64,000 bases of DNA from Nitrospirota bacterium (GTDB lineage: Bacteria > Nitrospirota > UBA9217), in the NCBI GenBank assembly GCA_035623825.1, contig DASPSR010000045.1:23630-87629 (forward strand). The letters are read 5' to 3'. This document shows, one piece after another, positions 31,147-40,997 of this stretch (position 1 is the stretch's first letter; the number at the start of each line of letters is the position of its first letter). A program made the position numbers and the translations under genes. Below the pieces are notes generated by a model, which worked only from the letters and a program-made list of their open reading frames with translations, ran no database searches and was not told where the DNA came from.

Positions 31147-32439
31147 GTGTCTGATATCAAGAAAATGTACAAGACCATTATGGCTGATAATTTTCCGCCT
31201 GAAATGACCGTTTGGTTCGGCGATCAGAAGCTCGTGTACAGAAAAAGGGCATGGAAACTGTCCGACGAAACCACGGGAGAACTGATCGAGAAGGGCCTTC
31301 GGTACGGAGAGAATCCAGACCAGCAGGCAGCCATGTACGAGCTGGCCGCCGGCAATCTCGTGCTTGCCGGCGTCAAATTTATCGAACCGGGCAACGGGCT
31401 CGTGAGCAGCATCACCGAAGAGCAGATGATCCAGGCAGGCAAGCACCCCGGCAAGACGAACTTCACGGACCTCGACAATGCCCTCAACATCCTGAAGTTC
31501 CTAATGGATCGTCCGGCAGCCGCCATCATGAAGCATAATAACCCCTGCGGCGTCGCCCATGGCGGGACCATTGCGGAGGCCTACGACAGGGCGAACATGG
31601 CCGACCGCATCGCCGCCTTCGGCGGCTGTCTGGCCGTCAACAGGCCCATCGACAGGCAGACTGCTCAAATGGCGAGCGCAAACTACCTGGAAGTCGTTGC
31701 TGCGCCGGATTATGAGGACGGCGCGGTCGAAATTCTCTCAAAGCGGAAGAACCTTCGCATCATTCGCCTCGAGAAGATCAGTGAGCTTGCGAAATACCGG
31801 GACAAGAACTTTGTCGAGTTCAAAGCACTCATCGACGGCGGCCTTATCGTCCAGCAGTCACAGGCGAATAAGATAAGAAGAAAAGAGGATTTCCAGGAGG
31901 CGAAGACTACATACAAGGGGAAGGAATATAAGATTGAACGGAGACCGACCAACGCGGAGTATGACGACATGCTGTTCGGCTGGAATGTGGAGCAGGGGAT
32001 CACATCGAACTCGGTCATCTATGTGAAGGACGGTGTCACCGTAGGCATCGGGACGGGCGAGCAGGACCGGGTCGGCGTGGCCGAAATAGCCATCTTCAAG
32101 GCCTATACGAAATATGCCGACGCCCTTTGCTTCAGGAAGCATGGCATCCCGTACAAGCAGTTCGAACTCGAGGCGAGCCAGGGGAAAAGGGATAAAGCCG
32201 CTCTCCGCGAGATCGACGAATTGACCAAGAAGGACAAGGGCGGCCTCACCGGGTCCGTCATGGTCTCGGACGCCTTCTTCCCGTTCAGGGACGGTGTTGA
32301 TGTGGGTATCAAGGAGGGGATATCGGCGATCGTTCAGCCCGGCGGCTCTGATCGCGATTTCGATGCCATCACGGCCTGTAACGAGGCCAATCCTAAAGTG
32401 ACGATGGTCTTCACCGGTCAGCGGGTGTTCAAACATTGA
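31147..32439 (+). CDS. purH: PurH-like AICAR transformylase domain protein lacking the MGS-like N-terminal domain
   Basis: LRYGENPDQ, KHNNPCG, SDAFFPFRD, QPGGS, FTGQRVFKH; GGAGG RBS before GTG 31147. Confidence 0.8.
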   Translation: MSDIKKMYKTIMADNFPPEMTVWFGDQKLVYRKRAWKLSDETTGELIEKGLRYGENPDQQAAMYELAAGNLVLAGVKFIEPGNGLVSSITEEQMIQAGKHPGKTNFTDLDNALNILKFLMDRPAAAIMKHNNPCGVAHGGTIAEAYDRANMADRIAAFGGCLAVNRPIDRQTAQMASANYLEVVAAPDYEDGAVEILSKRKNLRIIRLEKISELAKYRDKNFVEFKALIDGGLIVQQSQANKIRRKEDFQEAKTTYKGKEYKIERRPTNAEYDDMLFGWNVEQGITSNSVIYVKDGVTVGIGTGEQDRVGVAEIAIFKAYTKYADALCFRKHGIPYKQFELEASQGKRDKAALREIDELTKKDKGGLTGSVMVSDAFFPFRDGVDVGIKEGISAIVQPGGSDRDFDAITACNEANPKVTMVFTGQRVFKH

Positions 32440-32518
32440 TCAGTTGAACGATCAAGACGATCCCCATCTCCGATCATTCGGGTCTGCACGGATAAAGGCG
32501 GAGGAGGCCGGAGGCCTT

Positions 32519-33298
32519 TTAAATCAATTTCCTTATCTCCGGCAGCTTCTCCTCGGCCGCCTTCCTGCCGCGCCGTAGAAGTTCACGCGACTTGGACAAG
32601 TCATACAAAGCGATGCCGGTCGCGTTAACCTGAATGGCCACATCCGCGAGCTTTTCCTCTTCCCGCGAGTTCCGCGAAGCCCAAAGCATGGACAGATGGG
32701 TCGCGATCTTTATGATATTGTCGTACTCGTCAAATTCCAGCGCTTTGTAATTCACATTGACGGAAATTACCTGCTTCGCCCTTAATTCTTCTCGCACCGC
32801 TCTTACGGGCACTTGGCTGGCGACGCCGCCGTCAACGAGAACCTTCCTGTTTATCTCGGTGGGGGTGAATATAACAGGCAAACTGCAGCTGGCCTGCACC
32901 GCCCTCGCGATTGAACCGCTCGTTATAACGACCTTCTCGGCGGTCCTCAGGTCTGTGGCGATGGCTGCAAAGGGGATGGAAAGGGAGGAAAATTTCTTGA
33001 CCGGGAGGACATCTTCCATGAAGCGGTAGATGCCCTCGCTCGACATTAGCCCTCGTTTGGGAATTGTGAATTTAAGGATGTCCTTCCATTTGGCATGGAG
33101 CAGAACGCGCTTGATCTCCGAGGGCGTCATGCCGGATGCATAGAGAGCGCCGACGATGCTGCCGGCGCTCGTGCCTGCGATGGCGTGGATGGGGATTCCT
33201 TCCTGCTCAAGGGCGTCTATGACGGCGATATGGGCGATTCCGCGAGCAGCCCCTCCGGAAAGCGCCAGCCCTATTGATGGGTTAGATGTTCCAGGCAT
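32519..33298 (-). CDS. Patatin-like phospholipase
   Basis: LSGGAARG, GTSAG, DGG. Confidence 0.93.
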   Translation of the reverse strand: MPGTSNPSIGLALSGGAARGIAHIAVIDALEQEGIPIHAIAGTSAGSIVGALYASGMTPSEIKRVLLHAKWKDILKFTIPKRGLMSSEGIYRFMEDVLPVKKFSSLSIPFAAIATDLRTAEKVVITSGSIARAVQASCSLPVIFTPTEINRKVLVDGGVASQVPVRAVREELRAKQVISVNVNYKALEFDEYDNIIKIATHLSMLWASRNSREEEKLADVAIQVNATGIALYDLSKSRELLRRGRKAAEEKLPEIRKLI

Positions 33299-33334
33299 GG
33301 TTCCCTTTGAGGATGGAAAAGAAGGGGATGTTGA

Positions 33335-33937
33335 TTATTTTTTTACCAGCCTTTTTACTGCGTCCTTAATGTGCCCACCCATGTCTTCAAACGCATAGAG
33401 GATACACAGGTACGTCGATGACGACTTCGGCGAGCACTCGCCGGTTACGAGCCTGTCCTCGTGAGCGGTCGCGTAATCGTTCGCCATACGCTCGATCATG
33501 TCGCTCTCTGCAATGGCGCTGTCGATGGTGGCTTGAGCCCCCGTAATGGTCGCCTCGCCTGCCTTTTTGAGAACATCTTTGGTCTTCGTGAAAAGCTTGC
33601 CGGTCTCAAGTATGGCCTTGTCGCTGAACAGCATCCCCTCCTTGATCCTCGTGCGGCTGCTATCGGCGATTCGCGAGATGCTCGTTGCGATCTTTTCTAT
33701 GTGCGAGGGGACGGTCAGAAGGGCACGTGCTTCATTATGTGATGACGCCATTTTCGCAAGCGTCCCGGTAAGAAGGTTCTCCTTGGTTTGGATCTCCTTG
33801 GCAAGATCGTCGGCCTGATCCAGAGCCGATATCTTGTTTTTCGTGAACCCGTCCTCAGTAAGTTCCAGCATCTCCTGTGCCTTGTGCACGACCAAGTAGA
33901 TTTCTTTTTTGATGTCCTTTAGAGTCTGTTCCGGCAT
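33335..33937 (-). CDS. PhoU-like all-helical protein (resembles the C-terminal part of Na/Pi cotransporters)
   Basis: Two helical repeats; LFSDKAI.E, HEDRL..GECSP, EDMGGH. Confidence 0.6.
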   Translation of the reverse strand: MPEQTLKDIKKEIYLVVHKAQEMLELTEDGFTKNKISALDQADDLAKEIQTKENLLTGTLAKMASSHNEARALLTVPSHIEKIATSISRIADSSRTRIKEGMLFSDKAILETGKLFTKTKDVLKKAGEATITGAQATIDSAIAESDMIERMANDYATAHEDRLVTGECSPKSSSTYLCILYAFEDMGGHIKDAVKRLVKK

Positions 33938-34176
33938 AAGATGCGCTCTCCTTTCAGCAAATCCTGTCGTTTATAAGTAGTATGGCGACGCGAAAACTGA
34001 GAAACTATAGCAGAAAACCATTGATATGACATGTTAAATTTTTTTATATTTATATTTTAATGATTTATAGAAAAGGTTGCCGTTTACGCATCATGAGGAA
34101 TTTACGATACGGCCATGCGATGATGCGCGGCGTGTGATAACTGCGTGATGTTTTGGACTTCTGTCGGGTTTTTCCT

Positions 34177-34206
34177 TGACATACCAAGTGACCGCTGGTA
34201 TAAACT
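34177..34206 (+). promoter_or_regulatory. Sigma70 promoter for the Mg transporter pair
   Basis: TTGACA followed by TG(G)TATAAACT. Confidence 0.5.
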
Positions 34207-34243
34207 AATCCATTGATTTTCTTGTTACTCTAGGGAGCATGAC

Positions 34244-35509
34244 ATGCCCTTTTTTGCCGGAGAAATCTTTGTCAGCGAGGTCTCTAGTAAACCAGTGCTC
34301 GATCAGACCGGCGAGGAGATTGGCAAGCTCAGAGATATTGTCGTGGGCATGGGTGACCTTTTCCCCGCCGTCACTGCGCTTGTAGTCGGCGCAGGTAAAG
34401 ATGACTATATCCTTCCCTGGGAGAGCATCAATCTCTTTAATCGGCGCGTCATTTCGGCGAACGTTTACGTCAAGGACCTCAAAAAAGCATCGGCTGCGCC
34501 AACCGATATCCTTATCTTCCGTGACCTCCTCGACAAACAGATCGTGGACATCAACGGTGCCAAGCTGGTTCGGGTTAATGACCTCAAGCTGGGCGACGTC
34601 AAAGGGAGGCTGTGCCTCGTAGCGGCAGACATCGGGTTGGGGGGCCTCCTGCGCAGGCTCGGGGTAGAGTCCCGCGGGGAAAAACTCTTTTCCCTGTTTC
34701 ACTACAAGCTCCAGCAGCGGCTGATAGGATGGCATTATCTCCAACCCATCGAACCCAAGCTGACGCGCCTGACGCTCACGATCTCCCGGCAGAAGCTGCC
34801 CAGCCTCCACCCTGCCGACCTGGCAGAGATCATCAGCGAAGTTTCCCAGAAAGAGCGCACGGCGATCTTCGGCAGCCTGGACGTGGATACGGCCGCTGAA
34901 GCCCTGCACGAGCTCGAACCGCGCGTGCAGGCGGATATTATTGACGACATGACCAAGGAGCGGGCGTCGGACATCCTGGAGCGAATGCCCCCCGACGAAG
35001 CCGCGGACGTGCTCGGCGACCTGCCTGAAGCGAAGGCCCAGGAACTCATCAACCTCATGGAGAAAGAAGAGGCTGAGGACGTGCAGGAGCTTCTCGAACA
35101 CGAAGAAGACACCGCGGGCGGCCTCATGACCACCGAATATCTGGCGTTTCCGCCAAATATGACCGTCGATGAAGCCATCAAGGAACTGCGGCTCGAGGCT
35201 CCGAACGTCGAGACCATTTACTACCTGTATATTATCGATGGTGAAGAGCGGCTGCTCGGCGTGCTATCGCTCAAGCATCTTATCCTCGCCGCGCCGCATG
35301 AGAAGCTCAAGGATATCATGATAGCGCCGGCAAAGACCCTGCCGCCTGAGGCAGGCGAAAAAGATGTGGCAGAATTCATTTCAAAATACAATCTCCTCGC
35401 TGCGCCCGTGGTGGACGACAACATCGTCATGCGGGGGATCGTGACTGTGGACGACGTGCTCGATTTCCTTATGCCGCCGGCGTCGAGGAAGAAGCGCAGG
35501 AGGCGGTAA
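34244..35509 (+). CDS. Soluble MgtE-like protein (PRC barrels, MgtE_N, CBS pair; no TM domain)
   Basis: LLDKQIVDING..VRVND, LHPADLAE, MPPDEAAD, TAGGLMTTEY, GIVTVDD. Confidence 0.9.
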   Translation: MPFFAGEIFVSEVSSKPVLDQTGEEIGKLRDIVVGMGDLFPAVTALVVGAGKDDYILPWESINLFNRRVISANVYVKDLKKASAAPTDILIFRDLLDKQIVDINGAKLVRVNDLKLGDVKGRLCLVAADIGLGGLLRRLGVESRGEKLFSLFHYKLQQRLIGWHYLQPIEPKLTRLTLTISRQKLPSLHPADLAEIISEVSQKERTAIFGSLDVDTAAEALHELEPRVQADIIDDMTKERASDILERMPPDEAADVLGDLPEAKAQELINLMEKEEAEDVQELLEHEEDTAGGLMTTEYLAFPPNMTVDEAIKELRLEAPNVETIYYLYIIDGEERLLGVLSLKHLILAAPHEKLKDIMIAPAKTLPPEAGEKDVAEFISKYNLLAAPVVDDNIVMRGIVTVDDVLDFLMPPASRKKRRRR

Positions 35510-35579
35510 CTGCTCCTTTCACGCAGTTCCGCATCGCAGGTTTAACCCGTACCTCATCAATGCGAAGAAGACAGAAACG

Positions 35580-36803
35580 ATGACCCGCTGGAAAAAATTC
35601 ATACTGCTCTTGTCTGTTATCGGTCCCGGCATCATTACCGCGAACGTTGACAATGATGCAGGAGGGATCACGACCTACTCCATGGCCGGCGCGCACTTCG
35701 GCTACTCCCTGCTGTGGTCTCTCGTCCCCATCACGGTCGCGCTCATCGTGGTGCAGGAAATGTCGGCGAGGATGGGGGCTGTCACGGGCAAGGGTCTTGC
35801 CGAGCTCATCCGGGAAAATTTCGGGGTTAGAGTGACCTTCTGGCTCATGCTGTTCCTGTTCGTCACCGACCTCGGAAATACCGCCGCGGAGTTTGCCGGG
35901 TGGGCGGCAAGCAACGAAATATTCGGCATCAGCAAATACGTGTCGGTCCCGCTCGGCGCTTTCATCGTATGGCTTCTTGTCGTAAAAGGGACCTACCGCG
36001 TTGTCGAAAAGATTTTTCTGGTCATCTGCGTCGTCTATCTCGTCTACATACCGGCTGCCGTACTGGCAAAACCCGACTGGGTTGATGTCACACTGCAGAC
36101 CCTCAAGCCGTCGTTTCAGTTCAATACGCCCTATGTAGTGATGCTTATAGGCGTCGTCGGTACGACCATTGCCCCCTGGATGCAGTTCTACATCCAGTCG
36201 TCGATCGTCGAAAAGGGCATCAGGAAGGAACAGTACTGGGCATCGAGGATCGACGTGATCGTCGGATGCTTTTTGACGGACATTGTGGCTTTTTTTATAA
36301 TTGTTGCATGCGGCGCAACACTTTTCAAGGCTGGCGTGCATATCGACACCGCCGATGCCGCAGCCCGTTCGCTGGCGCCGCTCGCCGGCAGATACGCCTC
36401 GATCCTGTTCGCGGTCGGACTCGCCAATGCCTCTCTATTTTCGGCGTCCATCCTGCCCCTTGCGACGGCCTACTACATCTGCGAGGGCATGGGTTGGGAG
36501 GCCGGCGTCAGCAAGACATTCAAGGATGCGCCCCAGTTCATGTGGCTCTATACCATCCTGATCGTCATCGGCTCGTTGATCGTCCTCATCCCGAATTCGC
36601 CTCTTATCGCCATCATGTGGATATCGCAGGTGATCAACGGGGTCATGCTGCCCTTCGTGCTCATCTTTATGCTCTTGCTGATCAACAAGCAGGATCTGAT
36701 GGAGCAATACACCAACTCCAAGACGTTCAACGTCATCGCCTGGGTGACGGCTGTGGTGATGATCGTGCTGACGTTGATGTTTGTGGCCACGATGTTCTTT
36801 TGA
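35580..36803 (+). CDS. NRAMP-family divalent cation transporter, NrmT-like (probable Mg2+)
   Basis: GPGIITANVDNDAGGITTYS, GTTIAPW; lacks the MntH DPGN and MPH motifs. Confidence 0.88.
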   Translation: MTRWKKFILLLSVIGPGIITANVDNDAGGITTYSMAGAHFGYSLLWSLVPITVALIVVQEMSARMGAVTGKGLAELIRENFGVRVTFWLMLFLFVTDLGNTAAEFAGWAASNEIFGISKYVSVPLGAFIVWLLVVKGTYRVVEKIFLVICVVYLVYIPAAVLAKPDWVDVTLQTLKPSFQFNTPYVVMLIGVVGTTIAPWMQFYIQSSIVEKGIRKEQYWASRIDVIVGCFLTDIVAFFIIVACGATLFKAGVHIDTADAAARSLAPLAGRYASILFAVGLANASLFSASILPLATAYYICEGMGWEAGVSKTFKDAPQFMWLYTILIVIGSLIVLIPNSPLIAIMWISQVINGVMLPFVLIFMLLLINKQDLMEQYTNSKTFNVIAWVTAVVMIVLTLMFVATMFF

Positions 36804-36848
36804 GATCCGGGACGACTGACGATCGGGAGACGGAAAGGCCGCCCAGAA

Positions 36849-37505
36849 TTACCGGCGCCGGACGACGCCTCGCTGATCGCAGGCGGAGCATATCCAGCAC
36901 CGGGAGCAAAAGGGGGATACGGGCTGACAGATGCTCTGACCGAAGGCGACGAGGACGCCGTTCAGGTCCTTCCAGAATCGTTTGGGCAGCACCTGTCGAA
37001 GGGCGAGCTCCGTGTCATTGGGGCTTTTCGTCGTCACCAGCCCCCACCGGTTTGTGATTCGGTGAACGTGGGTGTCGACGCAGATGCCGTATTTATTGAA
37101 CCCGCGGGTCAATACGAGATTGGCGGTCTTTCTTCCGACGCCTTTTAATGCGAGCAGCTCCTCGAGCGTATCAGGAACCCGCGAGTCGTGCGTGCGGATG
37201 ATCTCCCTGCTGATGTCCTTGATTGTTCCTGCCTTGACCCGGTAAAAGCCCACGGGATAGATGGCCCTTTCTATGGTTTTGAGGGAAAGCCGGGACAGCG
37301 CCTCCGGCGTTGAAGCGAGTGCGAAGAGACGTGCAGATGCATCTTCCGTCGTTTTGTCCTGCGTCCTGAGGCTTAGGATGCAGGAGATCAGTATTTTGAA
37401 AGGGTCACGGTCCTGGGAAGCGAAGTCTTCGAGCCACGGGATGTGGAGGGTTTTTACCTGTTTTTTGAGCGTCGGCCAAACCTTGATAAATTCCTTGACG
37501 GTCAT
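36849..37505 (-). CDS. nth: Endonuclease III
   Basis: [18 protein letters not shown]-x6-C-x2-C-x5-C cluster; start ATG 37505 overlaps the queC stop. Confidence 0.93.
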   Translation of the reverse strand: MTVKEFIKVWPTLKKQVKTLHIPWLEDFASQDRDPFKILISCILSLRTQDKTTEDASARLFALASTPEALSRLSLKTIERAIYPVGFYRVKAGTIKDISREIIRTHDSRVPDTLEELLALKGVGRKTANLVLTRGFNKYGICVDTHVHRITNRWGLVTTKSPNDTELALRQVLPKRFWKDLNGVLVAFGQSICQPVSPFCSRCWICSACDQRGVVRRR

Positions 37506-38233
37506 TGCCCGTGCCCGCGCAAGTCCCGTTCGTACGGGATCGGGTCCTTGATCCCGGCTGCCCTGAACCCTTTCAGCCGTAAAGCACAGCTTTCGCACCT
37601 CCCGCACGCCTTTTCGCTGTTCTGATAGCAGCTCCAGGTCAAGTGAAAGGGAGCTCCCATCTCCATGCCTTTCGTCACGATCTGCGACTTCTTCATGTGG
37701 ATGAGGGGCGTGACGATCGCTAGCTGCGTCTCCGGCTTCGTGCCCATTTCAATGACCTTGTTGAATGCCTGGTAGAACGTCTCGCGACAGTCGGGATAAC
37801 CCGAACTGTCCTCCTCCACAGCGCCGATAAAGATCTTCCGGGCGCCGATCACCTCGGCCCAGGACGTGGCGATGGAAAGGAGATGTGCGTTCCGGAAGGG
37901 GACGTAAGTGGACGGGATTGCGGACTGCGCAGGGGGGGACGGCGATACCGCCGTGCTTTCGGTGCGCACGATGTCTACCTCAGGCACCGGGATACTCGCG
38001 TCCGTCAGGCTCGACCCGCCGATCACCTTCAAATGCTCAAGGCTGACCGAGAGCCGTTTCTCCGCCTTGTAGAAACCGGCTATATCGTTGAACGCCTGAA
38101 GCTCGCGCGCTTCTGTCCTCTGGCCATAATTCACATGCAGGAATGCCAGCCGATACTCCTGGTTCGCTATTGCGGCCGTGACGCAGCTGTCCATGCCCCC
38201 GCTCATGAGCACCACTGCCATATCCTTTTTCAT
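37502..38233 (-). CDS. queC: 7-cyano-7-deazaguanine synthase
   Basis: SGGMDS, YGQR, TYVPFRN, GYPDCR, TWSCY...CGRCESC. Confidence 0.96.
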   Translation of the reverse strand: MKKDMAVVLMSGGMDSCVTAAIANQEYRLAFLHVNYGQRTEARELQAFNDIAGFYKAEKRLSVSLEHLKVIGGSSLTDASIPVPEVDIVRTESTAVSPSPPAQSAIPSTYVPFRNAHLLSIATSWAEVIGARKIFIGAVEEDSSGYPDCRETFYQAFNKVIEMGTKPETQLAIVTPLIHMKKSQIVTKGMEMGAPFHLTWSCYQNSEKACGRCESCALRLKGFRAAGIKDPIPYERDLRGHGQ

Positions 38234-38297
38234 ATGGTCAATCTACCAGTATCGGCAGTAAAATTCTACAGCTTTTTGAACGGTCCCGGATGCCGGG

Positions 38298-38340
38298 AAA
38301 GAAAATCCCCGACGGGGTAAACCGGGAACCCCATCGGGGA
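38298..38340 (-). terminator. Rho-independent terminator after the DUF1858 and small Cys protein genes
   Basis: Minus strand TCCCCGATGGGGT-loop-ACCCCGTCGGGGA followed by TTTTCTTT. Confidence 0.8.
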
Positions 38341-38359
38341 CTGGGGGGAGTGTTTCGGA

Positions 38360-38497
38360 TCAGTGCGCTCCGTGAATGAGCATGGGCAAACACCGGGTAC
38401 AGACGATCTTTTCTTTGCCTTCGTGGAAACAGGGGAGATACACCCTGGTCTTATCATCGGCTCCGCAGACAAAACATTTGATTTCTTTGCTGACCAT
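38360..38497 (-). CDS. 45-aa CxxC...CxxC protein (not in ORF track): MVSKEIKCFVCGADDKTRVYLPCFHEGKEKIVCTRCLPMLIHGAH
   Basis: GGAGGAG RBS, starts 1 nt after the DUF1858 stop, ends just before a terminator. Confidence 0.85.
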   Translation of the reverse strand: MVSKEIKCFVCGADDKTRVYLPCFHEGKEKIVCTRCLPMLIHGAH

Positions 38498-38498
38498 G

Positions 38499-38711
38499 CT
38501 ACTCCTCCAGGGCGTTGATTTCGTCGACGATCTTGTTCGGATCGATGTTATGCATCATCGAGCCGAATGAAATGGACTCCATGTTTATCCCGGGGCAGGT
38601 GAAGCAGCCGTTCCCGAAATATTTCTGGATAACCGCCTTGGCTCCCGGGCTCATCTTTATCACATCTCCAATGATTGAATCCTTCGTGATTTTCTTTTTC
38701 TCCGCGATCAT
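38499..38711 (-). CDS. DUF1858 / hybrid-cluster-associated redox disulfide domain protein
   Basis: ITKDSIIGDVI, YFGNGCFTCPG, ESISFGSMMH; AAGGAGG RBS. Confidence 0.88.
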   Translation of the reverse strand: MIAEKKKITKDSIIGDVIKMSPGAKAVIQKYFGNGCFTCPGINMESISFGSMMHNIDPNKIVDEINALEE

Positions 38712-38767
38712 AGTGACCTCCTTGGTTATTGGTTGATCATACTATAGCAAAAACGCCGTTTCCCCGA

Positions 38768-38783
38768 TATGACCTGCATCATA
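38768..38783. promoter_or_regulatory. Crp/Fnr-type box TATGA-N6-TCATA at a class II position for the DUF1858 promoter
   Basis: TATGAcctgcaTCATA, centre 29.5 nt from the minus-strand -10 TATAGT (38741-38746). Confidence 0.75.
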
Positions 38784-39268
38784 CTCCGAAATTTTTGCTA
38801 CAGTATTACGTATTACACAAAAGAAATGAGACATTTCTCTAGTTCTTTGAGCTTTCAAGAACATGATTCCCTGAAAGGGACTGACAGAGAGAACGGCTAA
38901 TTGGTCTAAGTAGCGCCTTAGGATGCGGCTACTAACATGACAACTGACACAGGTCCTTGGGTGGCCAAGACCCTTTTTTAACAATCAGCCATTGAAACAT
39001 TTTTCTAATAATAGAACTCTTCCAATGATACCTCTACTACAAAAAGTGAGTATTTTAAATGGTAATGATGAGTACGGGACAAGTTGCCTGTGTTATACTA
39101 ACTTGGTTTTTAGTCCTTTTTACCGAAAAAGCTAGATAGTCTAATTGTTGAAGCTTTAAATCAAATTTATATTTATTTTCCTCCTCTATCCCACAATATG
39201 CTATATTTCCCGTGGGGTCACCGAAGAATCAACTTGGTATAATATATGTTGGCATATCTCGGAGGAAG

Positions 39269-40813
39269 ATGCACAGTATGCAAACCCTAACCTCTTGGCT
39301 GATGAAGTATCGATTCCCCATCTTATGCCTCTCGGTTTTTGGGGTCATGTGCTTACACACGAGAAACGGGCAGTGGATTGGAGACTTTTGGGAACATAGT
39401 GCGGTCGTCAGGGAGCTGGCAACGAACATTCTGCAACCGAAACATCCACAGCTCTTGCTGGACGCCCCTCATGCTTTCTACTCTCCCTACGCGGTCATAG
39501 TAGCTCTCCTTGCTCGCACATTGCACTCGGGCGCTGTTATGGCACTCTCTATCATGGGGCTGGTCAACTTATGCCTTTTGTTCCTGGGTCTTAGGCTCTT
39601 TGTCTTTTCAATAGTGCCCAAACATCGAAGTGCGACAGCTTTCTATGCGCTGTTACTGACTCTCTTCTGCTGGGGCTCTCACCCTTGGATTTGGAGTGGC
39701 TTCTTTCATATCGGTGTCCTTGGTTATGTCCTTCCATACCCGTCAACATTTGCTGCGGCGCTTACCCTGATCGCACTTGGGGCGAATCGGCTTCGAATAG
39801 AGACCAAGAGGCAAATCTGGATTGTCGCCATCTTCTTTATTTCTGTCACAGTTCTGATATCACATCCGACCACTTTTCTCTTCTTAGTAGTGGGACTTAT
39901 CTCACAAGCGTGTGCCGAAAAAGGCTCTGTTCCATCTCAGATCGTCTTGGTCGGAGGTCTCTTGACTCTGGCTTTCCTTGTCGCGACTTTCTGGCCATAT
40001 TTTCCCATGTTGAGTTTATTCTCGGATGCCAGTACCAGTATGCGTGATATGCAGAGCAGAATCATGTATCAGCAGGTCTTGAGCAGGATATGGCCGTCTC
40101 TGATTGTGGTGCCATTGATCATCGCTAACATGAGGTCAAATTGGCGCCGCCCATTGGTGTTGATGCTAGTAATGCTGTTGGGGATCTACGCATTTGGAGC
40201 AATATCAGGGAATTACTCCTACGGCCGAGTCATCGCATACATTGTGCTGCTTTTGCATGTCACTATTGCTGAGCATCTTTCCATTCTTGAATCCAGGGTA
40301 CATCAGATCCATGCCCCGACCTGGTTCCAGCGACTGATCGTGCCAGCGAGCGTCATGGCTCTCGCCCTGCTCCTATCCTTTGCGCCGCTGAGAAGTACGC
40401 TTGCGCATGCGTCTCTTAAGCAAGAGCCCACATACAAGTCCTATATGTTCCTCTCGCAATTTACCGGCCAGTACGATGTCGTGATGTCGGACATAAAAAG
40501 CAGTTGGATCGTACCAACGTTCGGGGGAAAGGTTGTAGCCGCTTCCAATCCACTCGCTTTTGTTCCAGACTATGGAGTTAGAAGGGCAGATCTGGACCGA
40601 TTCTTTGACAGAGAAACAGTGCTCAGCGAGCGTCAAAAGATCATACAGAAATATAAAGCAAACTACTTGTTGCTTAGTAAGTCGGAGGACGTGAGCTGGC
40701 AGGACTTAAAGCAATCATTTATGTTTCAAGGGCAAGTCGAGTTTGAAAGCGACAGATTCGTGCTCATTTCGCTCAAACCAATCCTAGAAAAGGACACCAC
40801 ACCTTGTCAATGA
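39269..40813 (+). CDS. Polytopic membrane protein, possibly GT-C-like glycosyltransferase; lower GC than flanks
   Basis: More than 10 TMs, WIGDFWEH after TM1, soluble C-terminal domain ending KYKANYLLL; atypical codon usage. Confidence 0.7.
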   Translation: MHSMQTLTSWLMKYRFPILCLSVFGVMCLHTRNGQWIGDFWEHSAVVRELATNILQPKHPQLLLDAPHAFYSPYAVIVALLARTLHSGAVMALSIMGLVNLCLLFLGLRLFVFSIVPKHRSATAFYALLLTLFCWGSHPWIWSGFFHIGVLGYVLPYPSTFAAALTLIALGANRLRIETKRQIWIVAIFFISVTVLISHPTTFLFLVVGLISQACAEKGSVPSQIVLVGGLLTLAFLVATFWPYFPMLSLFSDASTSMRDMQSRIMYQQVLSRIWPSLIVVPLIIANMRSNWRRPLVLMLVMLLGIYAFGAISGNYSYGRVIAYIVLLLHVTIAEHLSILESRVHQIHAPTWFQRLIVPASVMALALLLSFAPLRSTLAHASLKQEPTYKSYMFLSQFTGQYDVVMSDIKSSWIVPTFGGKVVAASNPLAFVPDYGVRRADLDRFFDRETVLSERQKIIQKYKANYLLLSKSEDVSWQDLKQSFMFQGQVEFESDRFVLISLKPILEKDTTPCQ

Positions 40814-40981
40814 AAACCATGGCCTGCCATGGGCGGAAAATTAGAGTCCGATATAACTCCTACCCAACCAGCAGTGGAGCGGAGGGCTAATCACCGCTTA
40901 CCTTTTTTACTGCGAATTTTTCCCCTGAATCTTCACTATTGCACTTTTTGAATCACCGTGAGTAGTCGGTGTAAGACGGAA

Positions 40982-40997
40982 TATGAGTTATATCATA
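40982..40997. promoter_or_regulatory. Second Crp/Fnr-type box TATGA-N6-TCATA
   Basis: TATGAgttataTCATA, centre 29.5 nt from the -10 TATACT (41019-41024). Confidence 0.75.

Noticed and set aside
33938-34243. M-box riboswitch or Pho box between the phoU-like and mgtE-like genes
   Set aside because: The mgtE-like leader is too short for an M-box; the Pho-like repeats are too degenerate in AT-rich DNA
38742-38984. 80-aa ORF containing CVSCH
   Set aside because: No signal peptide or RBS, and it overlaps the promoter and Crp/Fnr box; likely chance
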